Shown here: positions 53,015 through 61,951 of the stretch, piece by piece
How positions within the stretch are numbered: the stretch's first letter is position 1
Layout: every line of letters starts with the position of its first letter
Source: an uncultured Lentisphaerota bacterium
GTDB lineage: Bacteria > Verrucomicrobiota > Lentisphaeria > Oligosphaerales > CAITYL01
Assembly (NCBI GenBank): GCA_903921725.1
Contig: CAIXRA010000003.1
Coordinates: 39,428 to 103,427, forward strand
Reading direction: 5' to 3'
DNA length: 64,000 nt
The notes under the pieces: generated by a model
Seen by the model: the letters and a program-made list of their open reading frames with translations, nothing else
What the model was told of the DNA's origin: nothing
Database searches by the model: none
Program-made: the position numbers and the translations under genes

Positions 53015-53758
53015 CTACAAATCGTAGGACGGTCCGAATGTTGCCAGTTGCTGGCGACGTTGTTCGTAATCGGGCATGACCCGGCCCAAGAGGCGCCAAA
53101 ACTCTGGCGAATGCCGACTGTGGACGATGTGGCAGAGTTCATGGGCCACCACATACGCGACAAGCCGACGTGGAGCCATGATGACCCGCCAGTTAAAGCG
53201 CAGGTGGCCATTTGGGCCACCGCTGCCCCAACGCGTTTTCATGTCCAGCGCCCGCACCGAGGCAAACGCCACGCCCAGTTTTCGTGCAAAGTCGCGGGCC
53301 AAAACATCCAAATGCTCCATGGCGTGTTGCCGATACCAGCGGGTCAAGAGACGGCGAGTAACAACAACGCCCTCGTCATCCGTTAATGCAGGTGGTAGAT
53401 GCACCCAAAAACATCCGCGGGACAGGAGAATTTTCGAATGTTTTGCGGACGCATCCCTAACGATCCGTAGATGGTATTGCCGCCCGAGGTAGAGAAACGT
53501 TTCCCCGCTGACGAACTCTCGCGGCCGTCGCGGGTGATGACGCTGAATCCAGTCCTGCTGCTTCACTATCCAAGCCGCTTTCCGCTGAACTTCAGCGGCA
53601 ATCCGCACCTTTCGTTCTCCCTTTGGGGCGCTCACCATGACGCTCGCATCAGGGTTGACCGTAATGGCGAGAGTTTGCCGGCGGCTACTGCGCCGTACCT
53701 GGTAAACGATCTTGGTACCGCCAAACATGAGAGATGCTGTTTGTGCAGACGTGCTCAT
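53015..53758 (-). CDS. YgjP-like (DUF45 / M48-type) HExxH metal-dependent hydrolase
   Basis: VVAHELCHIVHSRHSPEFWRLL zinc motif. The ATGA overlap with the hsdR stop is a typical type I R-M association. Confidence 0.85.
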   Translation of the reverse strand: MSTSAQTASLMFGGTKIVYQVRRSSRRQTLAITVNPDASVMVSAPKGERKVRIAAEVQRKAAWIVKQQDWIQRHHPRRPREFVSGETFLYLGRQYHLRIVRDASAKHSKILLSRGCFWVHLPPALTDDEGVVVTRRLLTRWYRQHAMEHLDVLARDFARKLGVAFASVRALDMKTRWGSGGPNGHLRFNWRVIMAPRRLVAYVVAHELCHIVHSRHSPEFWRLLGRVMPDYEQRRQQLATFGPSYDL

Positions 53759-56700
53759 CTGAGCCGGATCCTCGCCAAGTCCATGATCTGGCTGGTAATG
53801 TCCTCAAGCTTGTCATCTTCCACATTGTTCAACCGGAGAAGGCGTTTTATTTTCCGGCGCATCTCCCGCTGGACATCCTCTTTGGCTTGCCAATCCAGTA
53901 CGGCGTCTTCCCGCACGGCTTCAAGGATGCCCTCCGCGAGAACCGACATCTGTGATCCGTATTCCTCACTGTCGTCATGCATTTCCATGTTCTTGGAAAG
54001 GATGCCGTAAATCGGGTATGCCGCTTCCGTAACGCCATGTGTCTTGGCCCGTTCCTCGCTGCCCCCCTTCATCTCTTCACGCAAGGACATCAGTACCTTG
54101 AACTCTTCCGTATCGTCAAGGCGTTGTTCCCGGCGGTCATGGATGATTCGTTCCAAACGTTCTTTGATGGACTCATAAAATACCGGATCTTCGTCCAGCT
54201 TGACGGAGATGGTACGTTTGATGGCATGCTCCATGCGACTGGCCTTTGCCCGCGGAGATTGAAGCTTGGCCACCTCCGCCGAAAACCCTTCCGACATGAT
54301 AGGGATTGCTTCCAGGAGGACACGGATTTCCTCTCCCTTGACATGACGGTCAATAAGTTCGCGGACACGTTCATGGCAGTCAGGCAACTGTGTGTCCTCT
54401 TCCTGGAAACAGGTCGCCATTTCCCGGCGCAGCCGGCGCAACCACGCAAAATCCTCCAAGAACGCGATAGCTCTTTGATCCGGCAGCAGTTGCTCGATTG
54501 CTCGGTAAAACTCCCGGTACCGGGCAAGAAAGACCGTGCGCTTGTCCTCAGGTTCAAGCGTCATGATCCACGGCTCGATATTGTCGCGCGTCAAATCAGC
54601 CGCAAACATGGCAAACACATCGGCGCGGCGTTGCTTTAGCGCCTGGTAAGCGGACTCATCGTCGCGGCGGTGTAACACGTCCTCAATGATCAGGTCATCG
54701 GCAAACACCGCCAGCGCCTTGTCCAAGAAGCCAGCAACGCCCCAATAGTCAACGATCAGCCCCCACTGCTTGTCCAACTCCGGCAACGGCCGGTTCACGC
54801 GCGCAATGGCCTGCAACAGGTTGTGCTCCCGCAGCGGCTTGTCCAAGTACAGCACACGTTCGATGGGGGCGTCAAAGCCGGTCAGGTATTTGTCCGCCAC
54901 CACGATGATCGCCAACTTATCGACGCCGTCTTCCTTAAACTGGTCAATGATGGCCTCTTCGTTTTCAAACTGTTTCTTTAGCTCCCACAAATTACTGTCT
55001 TTGGTGGACGGATCGGAAATCAGCAGGGCAACGCGATCCGGGAAGTACTTGCTAAGCTCTTTGTAATACTGCGCCGCCGCCAACTGCGAACAGGCGGCCA
55101 CCTGGGCCTTGAACCCGTCCGCCGCGAAATGTTGCTGGTAGTGGGTGGCAATGTCATGGGCGATCATCACCGTACGGTCGGTCGCCGCTTCGGCAATACG
55201 GCGCTCCGTGATTTCCTGCTGCTTCAATTTCTCCCGCTGCGGCACCGTCAGGTGCGCAAAAGACGCATCAAAGATTGGATCCAGCCGCTTGCCCCAGATG
55301 GCCAGTTCCGGCAACCGGCTTTCATACAGAATCCGCACCGTCGCGCCATCCGCTACCGACTGCGGCATGGTGTACTTATGGATGTATGGCCCGAACTTCT
55401 CCCGTGTCTTGTCAATCGGCGTTCCGGTGAACGCGATAAAGCAGGCATTGGGCAGTGCCTGCCGCATGTGCGCGGCAAACCACAGATATTGCGAGCGGTG
55501 CGCCTCGTCAACCAGGACAAAGACATTCCCCACCTCACTCAAGACTGGATGTTGGCTAACCTTTTTCCGCCCGACCGTTTCCCCTTCGCCGAAGAACTTT
55601 TGCACCGTGGTCATCACCGTCTGTCCCGCCGGCCCGCTGAGCAGTTTGCGGAGATGTAGCACACGCGCCGCCCGCACCGGGTTTTCAAACCCGCATCCTT
55701 GGAAGGTCTTGGAAATTTGCCGATCCAAATCCCGCCGGTCGGTAACGATCAGCAAGGTTGGATTATCAAGTTCTTTGGCACGCCGCAATTTCAGGCAAAG
55801 CCAGAGCATAGTCAGGCTCTTGCCGCTTCCCTGCGTGTGCCAGACAACACCATTGCGTTCCTTTACCGGCAGCTTGCTGGTGGGGTCGGTAATCCGCCGG
55901 ATCGCCTCATTCACCGCCTCGTATTGCTGGTAGCGCGCCAGTTTCTTCACCACGCGCCCGCCATCCCGGTCAAAGGCGACAAAGTTGCGTGCCAGATCCA
56001 GCAGATTCTCCTTGGCAAACAGCCCCGCCAGCGTAACGTCCTGCTTGGTCAGGGGGCGGCCTATCATGCGCTCCAGGTCATATCGGCTGCGCGGATACAC
56101 ACTCTTCCATTCCATGTACCGGTTCAAGGGTGTCTCGACCGTCCCGTATCGTGCATCGCTACGCTTCGTCGCCACGCAGAACAGCACCGTATGGAAAAGC
56201 CGGGTCACCCCTTTTTCCATGTCCTGATAGGCGAGCATGTCTCGTACCGCATGCTCGATCCCATGCTCATCCCCCGGCGCCTTACACTCAACTACGGCCA
56301 AGGGAATGCCGTTGACAAAAAGTACCAGATCCAGACGCCGCGTCGCCCGCGGCCCCCGCACCGTAAACTCCTCGACCACCAGAAACTCATTGTTTAGGGG
56401 ATTGTCGAAATCAATGAACCGTACGCTTGGCGCCACCAATTTTCCGCCGCGCGTCTCCTCCACGGTCACCCAGCGGCTCGCCAGCCGGTAACAAGCCTCA
56501 TTGGCATCCAACAGCCCGGCCACCAGCGGTTGCTGCAGCGCCGCGATGGCCTGCCTTACCCCAACTTCGGTCAGTCCCGGATTGATCTCCTGTAGCTTCC
56601 GGCTCAGCCGGGCGAGCAGCAATACCTCGGTCTCGCTTTCCCGTTCCGCTGCGAACTCCGCCGCTTGTCCGTCCGCATGGTCATAGCCGAATACGTCCCG

Positions 56701-56763
56701 CAGCAATTCGACCGCCGGCCGCTGGACTTCCGTGTATTCAGGTCCGTTTCTGGGCATTGGCAT
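53755..56763 (-). CDS. hsdR: type I restriction enzyme, R (endonuclease/translocase) subunit
   Basis: N-terminal PEYTEVQRPAVELL, nuclease-core region (VNGIPLAVVECK), SF2 motifs WHTQGSGKSLTM and LVDEAHRSQ; about 1000 aa. Confidence 0.93.
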   Translation of the reverse strand: MPMPRNGPEYTEVQRPAVELLRDVFGYDHADGQAAEFAAERESETEVLLLARLSRKLQEINPGLTEVGVRQAIAALQQPLVAGLLDANEACYRLASRWVTVEETRGGKLVAPSVRFIDFDNPLNNEFLVVEEFTVRGPRATRRLDLVLFVNGIPLAVVECKAPGDEHGIEHAVRDMLAYQDMEKGVTRLFHTVLFCVATKRSDARYGTVETPLNRYMEWKSVYPRSRYDLERMIGRPLTKQDVTLAGLFAKENLLDLARNFVAFDRDGGRVVKKLARYQQYEAVNEAIRRITDPTSKLPVKERNGVVWHTQGSGKSLTMLWLCLKLRRAKELDNPTLLIVTDRRDLDRQISKTFQGCGFENPVRAARVLHLRKLLSGPAGQTVMTTVQKFFGEGETVGRKKVSQHPVLSEVGNVFVLVDEAHRSQYLWFAAHMRQALPNACFIAFTGTPIDKTREKFGPYIHKYTMPQSVADGATVRILYESRLPELAIWGKRLDPIFDASFAHLTVPQREKLKQQEITERRIAEAATDRTVMIAHDIATHYQQHFAADGFKAQVAACSQLAAAQYYKELSKYFPDRVALLISDPSTKDSNLWELKKQFENEEAIIDQFKEDGVDKLAIIVVADKYLTGFDAPIERVLYLDKPLREHNLLQAIARVNRPLPELDKQWGLIVDYWGVAGFLDKALAVFADDLIIEDVLHRRDDESAYQALKQRRADVFAMFAADLTRDNIEPWIMTLEPEDKRTVFLARYREFYRAIEQLLPDQRAIAFLEDFAWLRRLRREMATCFQEEDTQLPDCHERVRELIDRHVKGEEIRVLLEAIPIMSEGFSAEVAKLQSPRAKASRMEHAIKRTISVKLDEDPVFYESIKERLERIIHDRREQRLDDTEEFKVLMSLREEMKGGSEERAKTHGVTEAAYPIYGILSKNMEMHDDSEEYGSQMSVLAEGILEAVREDAVLDWQAKEDVQREMRRKIKRLLRLNNVEDDKLEDITSQIMDLARIRLR

Positions 56764-58264
56764 ACGCCTTTCCGTGCAAGCCGTCCGTCTCGCCCCCGAC
56801 ACCAGCGTCCAGCGCCGCCCGCCCCAATGCCGTCAACCGGTATTTCTGCATCCGGCTCTGCGGCTTTTCGGGTAGTGTCATCTCAACCAAGCCAGCGGCC
56901 AATGCGGGCATGACATAGGCCTCCCGTACATGTGTCCGGTCACGCAACCCCAACTCCTCCCGGATCTCCGCCGCGCCAAGTTCCCCACGGTTCGCCAACG
57001 TCCGCAACAGCGCCCCTACTGGTGGGGTGACTGGTGGGGTGACTGGTGGGGTGACGCCCCCTGTTACTTTGCCCTGGCTGCATGGCTTGAACGTCACCAC
57101 CACTGTACGGGCGCTTTCGCTCCAGGCCGGCTCCGGTGCCAGCCCCTCGTTGCACCAGCGCAGGATATTGATGGCACCGCTGCCCCAGCGCTCGATGATT
57201 CCGGCACGGTGTAGCACCGACGCGATGATGGGATTCCACGGACGCGATGCATGCGCACTCCGCAACTTCTCCGACGTGATGCCGAAATGGAACTCGCCCG
57301 GATTCGTGATCTCCAGATGGTCATCGTACATGGCGACTTCCACAGCGCCACCGGCCATGGCGTAGTCACGGTGACAGAATGCATTCGCCAACGCCTCCCG
57401 CGTTGCCCGCGGCGGATAGTCTGGAAAATCCTCCCGCTGCATCTTGCCGGCAACCACCCGCCCGGCAATGTGTACATGGTCAGCCAGAAACTGTTCGGCG
57501 TGCCGGAGCAGGCAGAATATACCGCCCCAGTATTCCCGATTGTCCGCGAACTCCGCCAGCCGGTTGACGCCCCGGAACCGTCCCAGACGCACGCTGAATT
57601 GCGGAAATTGTGCAAACAGCGAACGGTTCGGATGCGCATACAACGCGACCGCGGCGTTCATCAGCCTGCCGTCATCCGCCATGAGATTCAACCCAACCAA
57701 CGCGGCCGTCGTATCCGTGGCGGAAATGGCCCCGAGCCGCCCAAGTTGCTGGGCCGTAATGACAGTCTGCCGAATCTCATCGGCATCCAGGTCGGCAAGC
57801 GTCACCCCCGCCGGGCATGGCTGATTCTCCCAACGCACGGTGCCATGCAATTTCTCGGCCAACCTGAGTTCGTAAAGCGCCTGCGGCATCTCCGACGTCG
57901 TTGGCCCCAGTCGTAGGAACGGCCGCCGCCGATAAGTGAACGGACCACCGCCCCCCGGCACGGTTAAAACGATGGCGGAGCGTCCGGGCACCACGGACAC
58001 CACGTCCAAGTCCGGCACCGTCGCCGGCTGGATTTCCCGGATCGTGGCGGCCACTTCCTCCAGGGTATCCGTCCCCAACTCCTGGCCCAACAGCCGTCCG
58101 TCCGGTGTCACGCCAAAGACCACCCGCCCACCCTCGCCATTCAGCATGGCGCACAACGTCTCCATGGCCCGCGAACGTTGCCCCGTGGACTGCTTGAACT
58201 CAAGCGTCTGGCTCTCCCCAGCAGAAATCAGTTGTTGGAGCTCTGTAAGTGTCATCATGCTCAT
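56738..58264 (-). CDS. AlbA_2 (Schlafen-like) + HATPase_c_4 + C-terminal wHTH protein (often annotated as a RecG-like/transcriptional regulator)
   Basis: ESQTLEFKQS...LCAMLNGEGGRVVFGV (AlbA_2), REALANAFCHRDY...IERWGSGI (HATPase_c_4-like), C-terminal wHTH. It overlaps the hsdR start by 26 nt. Confidence 0.8.
   Translation of the reverse strand: MSMMTLTELQQLISAGESQTLEFKQSTGQRSRAMETLCAMLNGEGGRVVFGVTPDGRLLGQELGTDTLEEVAATIREIQPATVPDLDVVSVVPGRSAIVLTVPGGGGPFTYRRRPFLRLGPTTSEMPQALYELRLAEKLHGTVRWENQPCPAGVTLADLDADEIRQTVITAQQLGRLGAISATDTTAALVGLNLMADDGRLMNAAVALYAHPNRSLFAQFPQFSVRLGRFRGVNRLAEFADNREYWGGIFCLLRHAEQFLADHVHIAGRVVAGKMQREDFPDYPPRATREALANAFCHRDYAMAGGAVEVAMYDDHLEITNPGEFHFGITSEKLRSAHASRPWNPIIASVLHRAGIIERWGSGAINILRWCNEGLAPEPAWSESARTVVVTFKPCSQGKVTGGVTPPVTPPVTPPVGALLRTLANRGELGAAEIREELGLRDRTHVREAYVMPALAAGLVEMTLPEKPQSRMQKYRLTALGRAALDAGVGGETDGLHGKAYANAQKRT
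57019..57054. repeat. 3 x 12-nt perfect tandem repeat (CTGGTGGGGTGA) encoding (VTPP)3
   Basis: Read directly. It is in frame within the linker before the C-terminal wHTH of the AlbA_2 protein. Confidence 0.9.
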
Positions 58265-58270
58265 CCTATC

Positions 58271-58666
58271 TCAGCCGAGTTTTCCGGCGATATACACGAT
58301 CAAGGCCAAATAGCCAACGACATTCAAACAGACCTTGCCCCAGAAGAACCCCAGCGTCGGCCAGTTGATCTTTATGGGAGCTTTCAACACTTTGTCCTCC
58401 TTAACCCCGGCTTTCTCTTTGCGCCGACAGAAAAGCCCCCAAGCCGCCGTAGCGTAAATGTAATGTCCGAGGTCGAATGCCAGCGATACCGCAAACAAGT
58501 AGAGAACCCATAGCAGACTTGGCGCAAATGGGATGCCACCACCGTTCTTGTCACCAACTCGGAATATCCAAATGATGGCAATGCCCGCGAAGTTTAGTTG
58601 ACGAGTGATCTCGCTCAACTTGGCGGAATACCCGTAGTACTCTTGGCGGTAGTCTGATAATTTCAT
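58271..58666 (-). CDS. small 3-TM membrane protein (possibly SLATT-like; unverified)
   Basis: Soluble N-helix YRQEYYGYSAKLSEITRQL followed by hydrophobic helices NFAGIAIIWIF, LLWVLYLFAVSLAF and GKVCLNVVGYLALIVYIAG. Its ATG overlaps the stop of the 59-aa ORF. Confidence 0.7.
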   Translation of the reverse strand: MKLSDYRQEYYGYSAKLSEITRQLNFAGIAIIWIFRVGDKNGGGIPFAPSLLWVLYLFAVSLAFDLGHYIYATAAWGLFCRRKEKAGVKEDKVLKAPIKINWPTLGFFWGKVCLNVVGYLALIVYIAGKLG

Positions 58667-58842
58667 TTGGGCCTTCCTGAATCCCGCTTCGGACCAGTGC
58701 TGCTGGTTTCTTCCTTGTGCCCACGACTGAAACCACCCTGCGGGGTGTCACGGTTACTGATTAATGTGCCCTCGCCATGTCTTTCAACGGGGCGTTGTTC
58801 GTTTGTTTTCGGCGGTGGCGGAACGATTTTCTTGTCGCTCAT
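58663..58842 (-). CDS. 59-aa hydrophilic P/G/K-rich protein (absent from the supplied ORF track)
   Basis: Hand translation: MSDKKIVPPPPKTNEQRPVERHGEGTLISNRDTPQGGFSRGHKEETSSTGPKRDSGRPK*. AAGGAG lies 8 nt upstream of the ATG, and the ATGA overlap couples it to the TM gene. Confidence 0.5.
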   Translation of the reverse strand: MSDKKIVPPPPKTNEQRPVERHGEGTLISNRDTPQGGFSRGHKEETSSTGPKRDSGRPK

Positions 58843-58925
58843 GTGAGTTCTCCTTCGGTTTTCATTATTCTATAGTCTAAACAGCACTACAAATCCAAGT
58901 AAGGTTTATCTGCCATGATGTGTCT

Positions 58926-60050
58926 TCAAAACCCCTGACACCCGTAAGCAGCCAATGTAACATCCGCCACCTCGTAACCATGACGAAACAGGCGGTCATA
59001 CTCATTTGGTGTCAACCGACGGAGAGTGGTTTCGGTGCCTGCCGCCGCCGCAACGTCTTCCTTGCTCATTAACAACGGTTTGTCCGTCCCGGCAGGTGGT
59101 TGCACGCGAGCCATACTCCATATCGCATCGGCCGTATTACCCATCCTAAAGAACGCCCCATTCTTTTTCTGGTTAAAGTGGTCAACGATTGCTCGTGCGC
59201 GTATCGAGCGAACCTGATCGGTCGCGACATCGATGAGTCTAAACGGGGGAATGTATTGCGGCAATCCCCACTGAAACCGCTTGAACTCAAGCCCCAAGGG
59301 CCGTGAAGCGTCACTGACAATATAGAAGTCAACCTCCTTGCGAAGGCCACGTCCGGGCTTAAATATTGCTTCCGATCCAAGATTATCGTACACGCCACCA
59401 TCCCACAGTGTAAGCTTGGGAGCAATGGGATCTACTGGTACGGACGGCTCTCCGCCTGTTTCTTCACCAAAACCCTTGGCGTATTTGAGCCACGCATACT
59501 TCGTTGTTGCTAACCGAAGCGGGCCAATCAGACCAGGTACCGCGGCAGATGCGGCAGCAGCATCTGCAAGCGGAAACGATGGATTTACCACATAGTTCGC
59601 AAGGTAATCCCCCATCCTCTTAGCACAAAACCTCCAACTCTTCCCCGTCTCATAGCAAGTGGCATTGATGACCATACGGGGGTGAAGAGGTAGGTCCTGT
59701 AGGTCTGCATCAATTCCCCACTTGCTCTTCAGTAGTCGAGCAATTATTGAGGCTCTTCCCCTGGGTAGCAACCATGGATTCAGAAGCATTTTCAACATGT
59801 AGGCGCGTTGCAAGTTACAAGTAGTCAGCAGGGTTCGAATGTGGGGCAGAACTTCTTGGTATTGCTTTGCGTCAGGCCACCGTTTTCCGGCTTTCTGGAA
59901 AATTAAGGCTGCGCAGAGACTCCCGCCCGAGACCGTTGACAAAAAGGAGATGTCCCCCCACCGGGGGCCGTTCGCAAGGCGGGAAAGCATACCGAGATGG
60001 AACACCGTTGCTCGTACTCCACCGCCAGAGAGTGAAATGCCGACTTTCAT
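58926..60050 (-). CDS. patatin-like phospholipase
   Basis: Oxyanion motif LSGGGVRAT, nucleophile elbow TVSGGS, catalytic Asp motif WDGGVYDNLG. The TAATG overlap couples it to the upstream MBL gene. Confidence 0.9.
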   Translation of the reverse strand: MKVGISLSGGGVRATVFHLGMLSRLANGPRWGDISFLSTVSGGSLCAALIFQKAGKRWPDAKQYQEVLPHIRTLLTTCNLQRAYMLKMLLNPWLLPRGRASIIARLLKSKWGIDADLQDLPLHPRMVINATCYETGKSWRFCAKRMGDYLANYVVNPSFPLADAAAASAAVPGLIGPLRLATTKYAWLKYAKGFGEETGGEPSVPVDPIAPKLTLWDGGVYDNLGSEAIFKPGRGLRKEVDFYIVSDASRPLGLEFKRFQWGLPQYIPPFRLIDVATDQVRSIRARAIVDHFNQKKNGAFFRMGNTADAIWSMARVQPPAGTDKPLLMSKEDVAAAAGTETTLRRLTPNEYDRLFRHGYEVADVTLAAYGCQGF

Positions 60051-60883
60051 TAGTCGCCCTCATACTGGTTAAACGTATACGCCCCCTCGGGCGTAATTGA
60101 GAAATGGATTCGCCCTTTCTGTTTAGTGGACAAAAACTTCTTTATTTCTCCATTTAATTTCAACCCCAACGGTTTTTCTCGAAAACTCTTGTCGGTCGGT
60201 GATTGCCCTGCAACATCGCTGATCAAGGCAAGGTGTGGGTTTATGCAGTCCATCATGTGCTGTGAGTAACCTGATTCCCGGCCGTGGTGGGGTGCCACGA
60301 GGATTCGCCATTTTGCAGCCTTAATAAGTGGCTCGAAAACTTCTTTCTTAGCGGTCCACAATTCCTGCCAACCGCTGTCTTCGATGTCGCCAGGGCAGAC
60401 GAACAGCCATCCGGCGTATAAGTAGAAAGCTACCACAGAAGTATTATTCCCGGTACATGACTCGGAATAATTGTTATACCCTGCCTTGACTTCGACGCCA
60501 CCATTGTAAGTGGAATTCATTGGACTTTCGGCATCTGCCACCGGCGAAATATAGGTGGTATCAAGTATCCTGAATGTCTTTTGGTAATCCAGTGTAGCAC
60601 TTTTGAATTTCTCTTCCTCGGGCAGGGATTTATTGCGTAGAAGAATCCGCGGATTTCCGAGAGACTCCACAAGTTGCGTCAGATCATTTAAATGGTCGCC
60701 ATCAGGGTGGCTAAGGATCAGGAAGTCAAGTTTGGTGACTGCGTACTTCTCTTTCACCCATTTGCTTGGCGAAAAATCACCTGCGCGACCGGCATCAATC
60801 CAATGATGCTGACCAGCCGGTGTCTGTAGCCAAATAGCGAGTCCATGTTCCACGTCCCAAAGCGTAAATATAAAGTCCGGCAT
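60050..60883 (-). CDS. MBL-fold metallo-hydrolase, ComEC/Rec2-type (HxDxDH variant)
   Basis: WDVEHGLAIWL, ILSHPDGDHLNDL and VAPHHGRESG. Start at ATG 60883 with GAGGTG upstream, 4 nt after the preceding stop. Confidence 0.85.
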   Translation of the reverse strand: MPDFIFTLWDVEHGLAIWLQTPAGQHHWIDAGRAGDFSPSKWVKEKYAVTKLDFLILSHPDGDHLNDLTQLVESLGNPRILLRNKSLPEEEKFKSATLDYQKTFRILDTTYISPVADAESPMNSTYNGGVEVKAGYNNYSESCTGNNTSVVAFYLYAGWLFVCPGDIEDSGWQELWTAKKEVFEPLIKAAKWRILVAPHHGRESGYSQHMMDCINPHLALISDVAGQSPTDKSFREKPLGLKLNGEIKKFLSTKQKGRIHFSITPEGAYTFNQYEGD

Positions 60884-60887
60884 TTTG

Positions 60888-61844
60888 TCACCTCGTATAT
60901 TGGGATTTGATTTTTCCACACCCTGCGTCATCAATTGTTACCCAAATATTTCCACGCCAACGCGTAGACCATACATTTTTACAATAGTTGCTATACTTAC
61001 TCGAAGCGTCAGTCTCCGGCTTTTTCCCGACAGACACAATTGTGTACTCTGGTTGCATTAACGCAACTGCTTTTGCACAATAACCGGTATCACGACCGTG
61101 GTGGCTTGCTTTTAGAATATCGCATTTTAGATCAGCCCCATAGTATTCGGCAACCTCTTCCCATGCCGCCTCTTCGGCATCACCGCCGAAAATAATTTTA
61201 ATGCCATTGTAAGTCAAACGAAGAATGTAGCTGAAGTTGTTAGGATTCTCTGCCGCCGCACCTGTGGCTGATGTATTTCTGCCAAATGGCGGATGTAGAA
61301 TTTCGATACCATCACCAGGCTTTACGCCGGCTGGGTTCTCTCCATAGTAAATCCCACTCGCTCCCCGATTCAATCGTAAAATTTTGTTGCCCCGTAGCCC
61401 CTTTTGATGCGCTTGATATTCGGCCAAGTCTGCGTTGTTTTCATCTTTTAAGGGAGGGACAAAGGAGTGTGCGGTATCCCAAAAGTTGTGGATTTTTCGT
61501 CCATCCGCATATAATGCAGCGAGACCACACATGTGATCCTTATGGGGGTGACTCTGGATATAACGAAAAATATCTTTTCCGGGATACTGTTCACGCAGAA
61601 AATCAATGGGGTTGGTCAAGTCAATGTTGTACCCCTGTGCCGCTACTTTTTCAAGTAACAACGATTCGTTCAATATTTCTTCGCCTTGGGGCAGGCCTAA
61701 TGGATAATATTCCTGCAGTTCGTTCAATGTATCAATATCCATTTCTTGACCATTGTTTATATCAATCATGGTTAGTAACTGACTTGCATGTTGAATGACA
61801 GTGCAGTCCCCATGGCCGACATTTAAGAAATCGATTCTCACCAT
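60888..61844 (-). CDS. MBL-fold metallo-hydrolase, ComEC/Rec2-like (HxHxDH)
   Basis: FLNVGHGDCTVI, IQSHPHKDHMCGL, IFGGDAE and KASHHGRDTG. Confidence 0.88.
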   Translation of the reverse strand: MVRIDFLNVGHGDCTVIQHASQLLTMIDINNGQEMDIDTLNELQEYYPLGLPQGEEILNESLLLEKVAAQGYNIDLTNPIDFLREQYPGKDIFRYIQSHPHKDHMCGLAALYADGRKIHNFWDTAHSFVPPLKDENNADLAEYQAHQKGLRGNKILRLNRGASGIYYGENPAGVKPGDGIEILHPPFGRNTSATGAAAENPNNFSYILRLTYNGIKIIFGGDAEEAAWEEVAEYYGADLKCDILKASHHGRDTGYCAKAVALMQPEYTIVSVGKKPETDASSKYSNYCKNVWSTRWRGNIWVTIDDAGCGKIKSQYTR

Positions 61845-61951
61845 TGCGCCCCCCTTATTTATTTTTCATTCTTACAGCCGTTGAGTCGCCGTCGTCTCGG
61901 TATCGCATGGGCATGAGAAAGGCCGAACAATTGAGACTGGAATGGACAAAA

